A stretch of 58,768 nucleotides of DNA, from NCBI GenBank assembly GCA_036172245.1, contig JAYWIR010000104.1, positions 124,001 to 182,768 of the forward strand, read 5' to 3'. Numbering within the stretch: position 1 is the first letter of the stretch; every line of letters starts with the position of its first letter. Under the pieces are notes generated by a model that worked only from the letters and a program-made list of their open reading frames with translations, ran no database searches and was not told where the DNA came from. The stretch comes from Raillietiella orientalis. Lineage: Eukaryota. The translations under genes and the position numbers were made by a program. Below are positions 9,916 through 19,917 of the stretch, piece by piece.

Positions 9916-12900
9916 ATAAATTCTTTCGAACAATCTTGGCGTACGAAGTTTTTTATTGATGAGTAAGGTACAATTCAAATGGGTAGCATTTTCATTTTTA
10001 ATGCGGATCAAACGCTACGTATGCATGATGAAACATACAAAGGAAAAGTGTTTTGACAAGAATTCAAGTGTGTCAGCTTCTTAGGAAACTTTAGAAAACA
10101 GCATGCTGTCTTGTCATTGGGACTGGAAACATCGGTATGCTTGGTGCTCACAATCTCCCCGTCGGAAAGTCTCCCTAATAGTGGACTGCATGGTGTTGCA
10201 GGAGTACTGCTGTTGAGATGAGAAACTCGCTTGCTGCAGTCCTATGTTGATGACAACCTGCATTTTTTCGTGTTGCCTTGGGCATCCATGTGTCTTGTCA
10301 AAGTACAAAACAGTTCAGGCGTGTGTATGTGATGTGTGCTGTGCATGAATGGAATGTGTCCTTTTTTCCGTGTTGCAGAAAGGAAGAATGAACTGGATGG
10401 TGTGGATGGCAGGGGCATGTTGAAACAGTTGTGCTACCTCAAAGTCAGAAGGTGCAACAGAACATTGCTTCAGGAGCAAGGAGCATTCTCACCGGCATCT
10501 CGATTAGAAAGTCTGAATGGAAAGTTTCTGGGAGATTTCCATGTACAAGGTAGCCTATAATTCGGCAGCGTGGTTTCGATTCCACGCGTAAATGCTTAGC
10601 GCAGTGGCATGTGAAATGCCATCCTTAGGTGGCATTGGTTCCAATAAGTGGATTAAGGGATGACGCAGAGGTCGCTTGACATTTTCTCGTGGTTGGGGTG
10701 CATGCTGAGGAAGGTGACGAAGCGAGGCGGATGGTCCAATTCAACGTGACCTTGATAGTTTAGTGGATCCCGGCATTCCGTTTCTTCGGCCTTCTATAAT
10801 TCCGTAGTTGATGTGGTGTGCGTGGGAGGAGGTCCAGCGTGATGAGTGTCTCTCGCTTCCGCGTGTGGGCGGCGCCTCTCTTTTTGCGATTGGTTAAGTA
10901 CGGTGCGTAGCATTTGATATGTTTAGCTTCTGTGGTTTTTCCCCAGTTACCTTGGTAGCCGGTGTACCAATGTGTACCTCGGTGGTCTGGTTCTCTTTGC
11001 ATGAGGTCTTTGTATGGTTTTTCGCCGTACGTGTCATCTTTTGAGGATCATTGGATTGCTTGTGGAGTAGGATTGTCCGAGTCTGATGCTGTCGATGTGG
11101 AAGCCATTCTGTTTATCGAATGGTTGTGGTTCGTTTTCGCAAAACGCTTTTTCTGTTTTTTCCCTCTTTTCTGTATGCGAAGATCTGAAATGCATTGTGC
11201 TCCTTTGTGTTTGTAATCGATGTACTTGATCTTGTATAGTAGGAGGTTTTTCGTTTCTCGGTGGGCCCCTTTCGCATGGCGGTCTTTTTGCGTTGAGGAT
11301 TGCGTTTGGAGGTTTGCACGGGAGCTCTTGAGAAACGTTGGATTCCTTTTAGCTGAGGTATCGTGGAGGGTATTGCTGTTTGGAGGCATCCCTGGAGGTG
11401 CGGGGCTGCTGTTGAGCTTCCTTCTTCACCGAGGATTGCGTGCTTTCCTTTTCGAAGTGACCTTTCCTGAGTTTCTTCTGCGGTTGTCCAGTTGTTTGAG
11501 GTGAAGCACCGCCGCGTGCTCTTTGCGTACGGCATGTCGCAACTCTTTGGTGCGGGTGTTTTTGGTTTGATACGGTTTTGAAAGTGCCGAGGTCAGGGTC
11601 ACCCTCTGGACTTTCCAAGTGGTTTTTGCGTAGTCGGTGTCAAATTGGAGGAATGTGAGGGTCAGGGGGTTCGTATTCTCTTTGTTCCCTTCATTTTGGA
11701 ATGCATTAGGATACAAGAGGTTGCGGTGTGAGGATGCCTGTTGCAACACGTACACTTCATCGTGCTGATCTTAGGAATGTTTCTTCACGTAAACAGCGTC
11801 GTAGACGTCGTGCATTGCATTCTCCTGGTAATCATCGTAAGCGTAATTCAATGAGGAGGCGTGTTAATGATCGTGGCAATTTTGGACGTGCTTCCTCCTG
11901 GATTGGGAAGGTGTTGCGTTCTGGTGCGCGTATTCGGTTTAAGGATTTCGGTTTCACGGAGGGTGCTTCTACTGTTCGTCAAGAGCTGAGGCTTGTTGGC
12001 AGTGAAGGTTATGATGTCGGTTGCTTTGTGTATGATACCGATTTCCATAAGCTTACGATGAGTACGTTGCTTGGATTATGGAATCTGACTGGAATGTCGA
12101 GTCTGTTTGAGTATGTACGGGGTGAGGATAACTTTGCAACCACTTACGGAAACTTTTTCTGATCGAAAAGAGTCGAATGTGTTGAATTCTGAAATAGGTA
12201 GAGACTATATATGTAGAATAATTATGTTGTTGCGACAAATATCGGATAGGAGGAAGATTTTCCGAATATGAAAAATTATGGTGATTCTCAAGGAATCTGG
12301 AATCAGCTGACTTGGCAGCAAAACAGATCTCTTGTGTTTCGTAAATTCAAGAACAGGAGTTTATGTGCGTATGGGAACCACATATTCAGCACGAGATGCT
12401 GCATCTGACTGGTGCTACATCGACAGCACGAACGTATGCCTCAGTAAACGTAATTCACTGTACTATTCATCATTTCACCAACATCCGAACTGTGGCCTCA
12501 AATCGCACAAATTAGAAATGAAGTGGGAATGATGAAATGGATTCATGGGTTGTGCATGCGGTTTGCTATATTGTGTGTACGATTGAATCGATAGTCGAGG
12601 ATTCTTACTGTTCATTTAGGGCACTAAGTATAAGCCTTGCCATGATTCGTTATGCAGGCTTTAGAAAAAAAAGGCATTTTCGATTTCGTTTTCTGAAGCA
12701 TCCTTCCGTAGATTGTGGTCCCTCGACCTTGGTTTCGAGATCCTGATCACGACTGAGTCCTCCAAAGTGATGCTCGCTCGTTGCACCAAAGGTTGACCCC
12801 TAAGATGGCCCCAAACCGCATTACTGGGAAGCGTAAGTTTTAGGTTGAGACTGGCTAGGTGCAAACTACTAAAGTGTATCTGGAGGCAGTTTTTCTACTG

Positions 12901-13539
12901 TTTGCGTCACTAAAACTCGGCGAACGTTACACCCTCCACCCTTCCATGTAGTAAAGAATGGGCAGTGCCTGTCAATGCAGAGAGCTTCATCAGAGTGAGA
13001 CAGTCCAGTGCTGCGAAAGAGATGAGCCAGCCAAAGCCTCATACCATATGGTCAGGCACGTAAACAAGCCTGCAGCAGCAGGATGCAGCATTCTACGCGA
13101 CAGTGGCCGTATCTGCGCCAAATGCGGCCAACGGTCGTGTTCTCAGGGCAAAGGCACGCCACTTGGCAATTGAAAACGTGAAGGAAATTGGAAACGAACC
13201 CGGTTAAAACCTCGGCGCAAAAACACTGCAGTGCGAGACATGTATATATATCATTATAAAGAAACTGTGCATTTGAAGGGGGTGGGGGTACGATATTTTT
13301 CCGCTTGCACGTACACTCACCATTTACGCAGACTGTGATCATACCAGAATGCTCGATGGTCCTGTCGTTGACGGTAACTCCCTAAGCGGTCGCTTGTTGA
13401 AGAAACTGAATGAAAGAACTGCGACGACGGCCCCCTTTTTCGGCCTCAGGTCTGAGATGGAGCAAAACACCGTCTGAGAACACCTCTGTGTGCGTGGAAA
13501 TCGAAGCAAGGAAGAGGTTCCTTCCAAGGTTTCCTTCGA

Positions 13540-13790
13540 AGACAACCAGTGGAGGCCCGGAGTAGCCCTTTGTGCTCATGAGGTGCAGCGCCCTCCCTCT
13601 GGAGCGGCAGGAGTCGTCACTTCTGCTGTTGCGCTAGGGTCTCCCCTGCAACGCGCGTCGACACCGCTGGACGCTGGGGAAAGCGAGCCCGGAGACGGTC
13701 GCAAGTGCGGGGAACACGAATCCTTCCCACCCTTGCTCGTGGACTGTGTTGCCCTGTGGCTCCCATGGGAACGTTTGGGAACGAACCACC
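13540..13790 (+). mobile_element. Tx1/L1-like ORF2 zinc-finger fragment
   Basis: KCGEHESFPPLLVDCVALWLPWERL aligns with RCGKQESLLHLLVDCVALRPLWFRL in the ORF at 21996-22622. DNA similarity is visible (ctcccctgcaacgc, cttgctcgtggactgtgttgc). Confidence 0.75.
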
Positions 13791-14399
13791 TTACATATAG
13801 AATACTTTACCGTCCGTAACCTTTTTCTTCCCTCAGTGAAAAGCAGCAAATTTTCGTGATCCTTTACTAAAAATTCTCTCCTCCATGCATCCGAAAAGTA
13901 TGCACACGCGCACTGCCTGCCTCTGTGAACGCCCACCACTTCCATTCTCTGCGAGCGAAATGTCTGCTGTAAGAGTCAAGCAGTTCAAATGAGGGCTCCT
14001 CTGGCACAGATCTTCGAACCTCTAGCGTAACGACAAAACGCCCTGCAGGGAAAAGTCCCATTCAGCAGCCCTTCGTTTTGTCGGAGGGGCCTTGAAAGAA
14101 TAGGAGCTTGCCCGATGCTGATGAAGCTGCACACAACGGTCAGCGCCTCAGCCTTGGATTCATGACGGAGTTCAAGGCAGGAAGCGTCCCTAAACATTCC
14201 GGTTTTCCCTGCGCTCCATTCAAAATACACACCGGAGGCTCCCATCTCCGTTGCCTGCATTTCGAGAGCTGCTCGATCAGAACGAAGACATCAACGTTGT
14301 TCGCTCGAGCCGCATGCACTTGGATTTCTCCTCGCGGACGTAGTGAAATCTATCGTTCACCCATCCCTCAACTGTTTGCGCTGGATGAGTGAGGTTATG

Positions 14400-15030
14400 G
14401 GGTTCAGTGGGTTCTGGCATCACTGTAGTTGGCATCCCAGCGAACAGTCTGTCCCTTTCCAAGTTGGACTGGCACTCGTTGGACAGGAATCACGGCGTGC
14501 TCTTCCTTCCATGTTCTCGTGTTCCCAAATGCCGCAAAGGGGAACGAGGCTTCCACGCTGTCCTTGATGAACGCGCAGGCGATTTTCCTCTTGTGCATGA
14601 TCCGCTGAATGGATCGGAATTTCGACTTCTGCTTTGCAGCGCTATTAATCAACCAGAAATCAAAAATCAGTTCAACTTTGGCTCTCAGAGACTGCACACA
14701 GGAGCATGAAAGGCACTTCCGAACGTTCCACTTCGTTGTTCCCGGTTGCCGCCGGAACTGCATCCCCTATTCAGGAACACGGACACTAATTATTCAATCC
14801 ACTTACAATACGAAATGGATCACCGCCATTGCTTTTCTTCTCGTACCACTTCCCAGCACGAATCGCATGGTCAATGCGTCGAAAGACGTATTGCACTAAC
14901 GAGCTAGCCCCTTCCTTGGAATCCAGATCGATGCCCTCTCCGTGGATCCGACAATTTACCACCTTAGCTAGACGAGGAATTCTATTTCGAAAATGCTCTG
15001 CAGCATGCGGCACAGATTTGTGCTCACTCA
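14400..15030 (+). mobile_element. Highly decayed LINE RT remnant (CR1/L2/Jockey-type)
   Basis: IPYSGTRTLII (~YADDTTLI) followed by FLGIQIDALS..TI (~FLGIxIDxxLSWxxHI). Confidence 0.3.
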
Positions 15031-16060
15031 ACTCGATCCTAGTGAAACCTTTGACTTCAACAGCCTAAATGAGCACCATAAACAGATGACTGCGAAGAAA
15101 CAAACCTTGTCGAGTGGGAACACCGACACTTTGACAATCAAGTAACTGATTCTATTCCACACATAGTACCCACATGTTGGCTTTAGGTCCTTCTCTTTTC
15201 CAGACTTGCCATCTGCCATCTAATCATGCATCCCGTTTTGGACATACTTCTCTGCCTCCACACCGGACCACGAAACAGAAAACTCATGGTAAACACCACC
15301 TCCTCTTCGCTGTCCATGTTCCATCCCTCCACCCTCCACCAGATATTCCATCTTACTGCATCCGTTATCATCCGTCCATGAAAACTTTAGCTCCCAAAAC
15401 TTGCTTTCCCTACACAAATTTCCTCTGTGCAGACTCGTAACCAAAATCAAATCACCATCGAAAACCATTGGCATTAACTAAGTCGACTTCTCCAATGACC
15501 TTTCAATCATTGCCTTAGCTTTCATCATAACCTAAAATCAATCCAAATCTGCCGATATGCATTCCCATGATCTGCTCTTCGTTTTTGCATCCCAGCATTG
15601 TCACTTTCAAAGCAAACTTGCTGAAGCATTCAACATTGATCTCCCTTACCATTCTACATACCTATAAAAGGAAAACACTGACCTCATGTCTCTCCGTTTA
15701 CTTTTCGAAACCTGAACATCCATCATTTACCGGGTATCCCTATGAGATTCAGTGGCATGTGACCACATTACCTGGCATATGTGTCCAAATTCTTACACCC
15801 TCAAATAGCCAAAGTAAGCTCATCTCCATCCTTCCCAAGCAAAACTTTTAAATTAGCCGTGGTCCTTGTCCAAACTTCAACTGCGTACAACTTCACTGAC
15901 AGAACCTGTATGTACGTGAAGATATCAATGCAATACGAATCCACCAACCATTCCTCCTTCACCAATGCACATCCATGATTCATCCTTCATTCTCCCTAAG
16001 CACAATCCACACTCCTCTCCCTAGCCTGCAAGAGACACACTCAACTTACACTCTTCAGGG
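15030..16060 (-). mobile_element. Decayed RTE-like LINE RT remnant
   Basis: Purine-rich minus strand. MVFDGDLILV (~LFADDLVL), KMEYLV (~KTEYMV) and an upstream W..LGKDGD (~KxKGD). Confidence 0.4.
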
Positions 16061-16379
16061 TATCTACGTTGCCTGGGAAAGAAAGAATTGTAAAGAGAGT
16101 ATCGATTTCCAAGAACCCTTTTCACAAGAATACGGAAAATTTCCCATTCACTGCATTTCCCTTCCCGGAAGGCTTTTAACTCGCCTTCATCTTCTGTTCA
16201 TATTTCACCCCGTGCCGGGCTCACCCACGATTCGGCTTTCACTCAAGCTCTGTTCAGAAAACCGCACCACACGTCATTAGCAGCGCCCCTCCTCTACGCA
16301 ATTGGTTTCTTAGGAGCTATTGCTGCAAAGAAATCACAAAAGTCCGTGTTGGCCTTTTTACAAAAGAGATGTTTCTTTT

Positions 16380-16810
16380 TCGTCGACTTCCTTGATCGTT
16401 ACCGTCCCCATTCACGAGGATGTTTGCTGCTTCAATTTTCCATAACATCACCGCGTTTGCTGGCGCGACACTCCATGGCCTTCAACCGACTGCCTGCTTT
16501 ATGCGACTCCATATTTCAAATTCTCACTCGACTGTTCCCATGTTCTTTTTGAAATGGACACTTCACAGGTGTTCCATACCTATTCGTTTTCTTCATCCTG
16601 TACCTAGGATAGGACGCAATGCAGCATTCTGGAACACGACCACCGAGGGATTGAAACGATTTCGAAGATGGTTCGAAAGGCACGTTTCTCGGTAAGAGGC
16701 TCACGGAGCTAACCGGAATGTCCTCCGAAGCAGCCCGATCGGAACGTCGCTTGGTTCCAGGACGCGATGACCCCTGTCTCATCTCCCACGTCCTTCGTAT
16801 CGCATTTTCG
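16380..16810 (+). mobile_element. Highly decayed LINE RT remnant
   Basis: DRYRPHS (~NYRPIS) and, further on, LVPGRDDPCL (~GVPQGSxLxP) at plausible spacing. Confidence 0.25.
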
Positions 16811-17549
16811 TTCGTTCAGCCCCCGTCGAAAACACGCCTGACCTCCGCACGCATGGGAGCGGTTGCGCGGTTCCCTGAACGCTTCCTGCAAATGCTTTCT
16901 TTGCTGCCAGCATCCGGATTCCTGCTACATATCCGCAAGCGGAGGTGAGGGCGCGTGTCACGGTACGAAAAGCTCGCGTGTAGCAGCATGGCGAACACTG
17001 TGTGCACGAAAGGGAAAGCATCGGAAAAAATGCGGGTTCGTGCAGAAGAGGTGCAGGAAGTGACGAGCACTGCGAGAGATGCGCGTCGCTGCGAGCATCC
17101 CGCCCAGGAAGCCACCTGCACGGAAAAGAATTGGCAGAACATGAAACTGCACGGGACGCGAATCCCGCACGAGGAAGGCAGCCATGATGCCAACCAGGAA
17201 GAGCAGCCGAAAGACTCCAGCTGGAACGGTGCCTCCTGCTTCCAAGTGCGCCCTCCTTCCCGGTGGCGGATGGAAACTGCGCGCGCTTCTCTTCACACAG
17301 GAATGTTTACGCGTGCGACGGACGACTTGAAGTGTTCCGCTTCGGAATTCACACTGGACGGTGTACGGGAAGACGCGGTTTCCCGCTTCCTGGAACGGAA
17401 ACGCGGCAGCCAGTGTGCAGCGCCCATTCCGAAAGCGGACAAGCAAGGCAATGGAAGATCCTGGCCACCGGATTTGCGCGAGACCGCCACTCAGGCGAAG
17501 AATCGTAGGCAGGCGAGCAGCCCGAACATGGGAAACAGCCCCGGTAAAT

Positions 17550-18703
17550 AAGCAAGCAGCGCCGAGGGTCGCTCTCGCTTTGAAGCTGTACGCACTGCGT
17601 TGTCCGAAGGCCTGCGGCGAGATTGGCTGGCCGAGGCAGACGTGCGAAGGGTGCGCCTGATTGCCGGGGACGTGGCGAAGTGGTCCAGCATAGCGCCACT
17701 CCCCTTGCCGCGGTGCTGTCTGTCCTCAGGGCAAGAGAAGACTGGGGAGATGAGAGATTTCCTTCACTACATCCTGGGTGGCTGGCTGGAACACGCGCCA
17801 GTTGGCAGATGCTGTTACTGCGCGCACAACTGCTTGTTCGCGACTTGTTCGGTGGCGCGAACTGTTAGAAATTGCCCCAGAAGTGTTAGCGGTCCCGCCA
17901 AACTGTGCTTACACATCCGTGTTTCCACTTGGTTGGAGGCAGGACGTGCTGCCGTTCGTGCACTGGGGTTTCCAGTGCAACGAGCGACGGCATCGTGTTT
18001 CCCGTGGGATGGTTTCCCCTAACTGTGGCAGGTGCGGGTCGACGGAATCGTTCCCGCACCCGCTTTTAGACGTCCTTCATGAACGATGGCGGAGGCTGGT
18101 AGCAGCACTGCTGCACCGGGAGGACACCGCTCGAGATGTGCTGCGGAGGTTCAATGAGATGTGCTGCGGAGGACAAACGACTGGCGCGGTGATCGCAACC
18201 ATAGGTTGCATACGCGCCTTCGTCTCATCCTGAAATGTGGTGGAGACTTCCAGGCGGCGAAGGGATGTCACCGCGATGGCAGCCACGTACGTCGGCGCAG
18301 CTGCAAGCTGGCATCAGCTTGACGAGAAAACGAAAGAGGAGATCGCCGGCATAGAGCGACGGGTTACAAATAAGTAGGAACGGTGGATCCCGGTGATCCT
18401 AGCCCTTTGCCCTCCCTTGTTCATTGGATTCTTTTTCTCCTTGATTCCCTGTGCCTGATCGCTCCACAGATTTCCCGGTGTTTTCCTTTTCTTTGACTGG
18501 TTCCCGGTGCGTGCGGAGCGAATCCCAAGATCCCTGCTACAACCAACACAGTCTCATTACTTTTCTCTTTTTTTGTCCCCTTCTCCCTCACCCGTTCTCG
18601 ACATCTCGTTTTCCCGGCCTGCGTGTCGCTGAAACCTTCCCTTTGCATCTTGTATTCGGAGGTTGCGAACCTTCCTTCCCAACTGGTTTATGAAAATAAA
18701 CGC
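17550..18703 (+). mobile_element. Tx1/L1-like element, 3' part (post-RT, zinc finger, 3' UTR)
   Basis: HWGFQCNERRH..PNCGRCGSTESFPH..HREDTARDVLRRF..IATIGCIRA is homologous to the inverted copy at 25280-25760. Pyrimidine-rich 3' UTR ends in AATAAACGC. Confidence 0.8.
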
Positions 18704-19793
18704 CCCGGAGTGACCGAGTGAAAAACTCGAACGTCCGCCTGGTGGCAGGTACGCGCGCGATATACGAGCGCGCCTGGTCAACGAGATGTGCGCAGCCATG
18801 CACACGCGCAACTTGTTGGCCGGAGATGCCGAGGCGGCGAACAGCATTCATCCCATTTTCCTGGACGACCACTTGTGCGCGCACGGCTGGGAAATCGTGG
18901 AACACTCTTCTCGGAGCTGTCCGACCATCCGCGACTTGTGCTCGACATACACCCGCGAGGAAGAGGTCCACCCTCTCAAACATGGCGCCTGCCAGGAGAC
19001 TGGTTGCGCCTCTCAGGAGCAGCGGAGCATCTCCGCGCGCTTCTGCGAGAATTCCAGCTGCGGACGCTTCCGGACTGGGACGAAATGAAGAGCTCAGTCC
19101 GAGAGTTCTTTCTGAACCGCCTTCTTGCGGGATTTGGCGAAGCATTGAAGAACCAGAGGGCCTACCTACTGGTGCGTCTCTACTCCAAGAATGCCGGAAG
19201 GCAGAGCTATGGCCGAAAGGCAGACCTCACAATGCGGGTCGGCCAGCTTGCTGGACGCCCAAGGCCGAGAATGCTCATCCTCAGAGCAGGTGAGCCGCAT
19301 CTTGCGTGTTTTTTTACTCCTCACTTTACGCGAGAGCAAGACCCGGGCGCGCCTTTGCGCAGCGATTGCTCCCAGTTTTGAGGGATGAGGATGGGAACCA
19401 TCTGCAGGAGCGTTTCTCGATGGCGGAGATCATCTGTGCCGTCGGAAAGCTCAGAAAACGAAAGGCATCGGGGGAGGACAGGCTGCTCGCGGAGTTTTAC
19501 CAGTGCTTCCAGGCAGAGCTGGTCCACCTGGTGCTACAATTGGCATGCTGATCCGCGAACGAGACGACCTTCCCAACTCGTCCCGCTCATCTAAGGTATG
19601 GTTTCTCCTCCCGAAAGGAGGAGACTCACGCAACGTAGGCAACTGGTGGTCCATCACTCTGCCGAATGCGGACGCGAAGTTGCTTATCAAATTGTGGGCT
19701 GAGTGACTTGGACGGGTGGCGGAATCCGTGGACAGTCCGGAGGAGACTTTCCTGCACGAACCATGGTGGCAGTCGCTACCCCCTCTAAGCCCA

Positions 19794-19847
19794 GCCTTAC
19801 TAGTCTAATTGAAACATCGATTTGTAAATCGAAAATAAATTAAAGGA
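19794..19847 (+). tRNA. trnT: Mitochondrial-type tRNA-Thr(UGU) pseudocopy
   Basis: D arm gtct/aaac, anticodon stem tcgat/atcga with loop ttgtaa (1 nt short), partial acceptor cctt/aagg, no T arm visible. Confidence 0.6.
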
Positions 19848-19864
19848 GAATTCAAATACACCAT

Positions 19865-19917
19865 CAAGAAATAATCCTTTAATACCCAAAATTAATATTC
19901 TCCCAAACTGATTCTTG
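19865..19917 (-). tRNA. trnP: Mitochondrial-type T-armless tRNA-Pro(UGG) pseudocopy, 53 nt
   Basis: Reverse complement reads caagaat ca gttt ggga gaat a ttaat tttgggt attaa aggatta tttcttg: 6/7 acceptor pairs, D arm, perfect 5-bp anticodon stem with TGG, and a 7-nt TV-replacement loop. Confidence 0.8.

Noticed and set aside
10594..10610. U4 snRNA-like 5' sequence gcttagcgcagtggca
   Set aside because: Only ~16 nt match; the rest of U4 and the Sm site are absent.
10760..12160. R2-like element in the G/T-skewed block
   Set aside because: No RT, CCHC or PD..D motif could be confirmed in any frame, so it is left unassigned.
13431..13460. U2 snRNA 5' end as a Utopia/Keno target
   Set aside because: Similarity is limited to tcggcct..gat and the branch-pairing gtgtagta is missing.
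16955..17551. 198-aa ORF as a host gene
   Set aside because: It lies among GC-rich TE debris with overlapping ORFs on both strands and shows no motif or splice structure.
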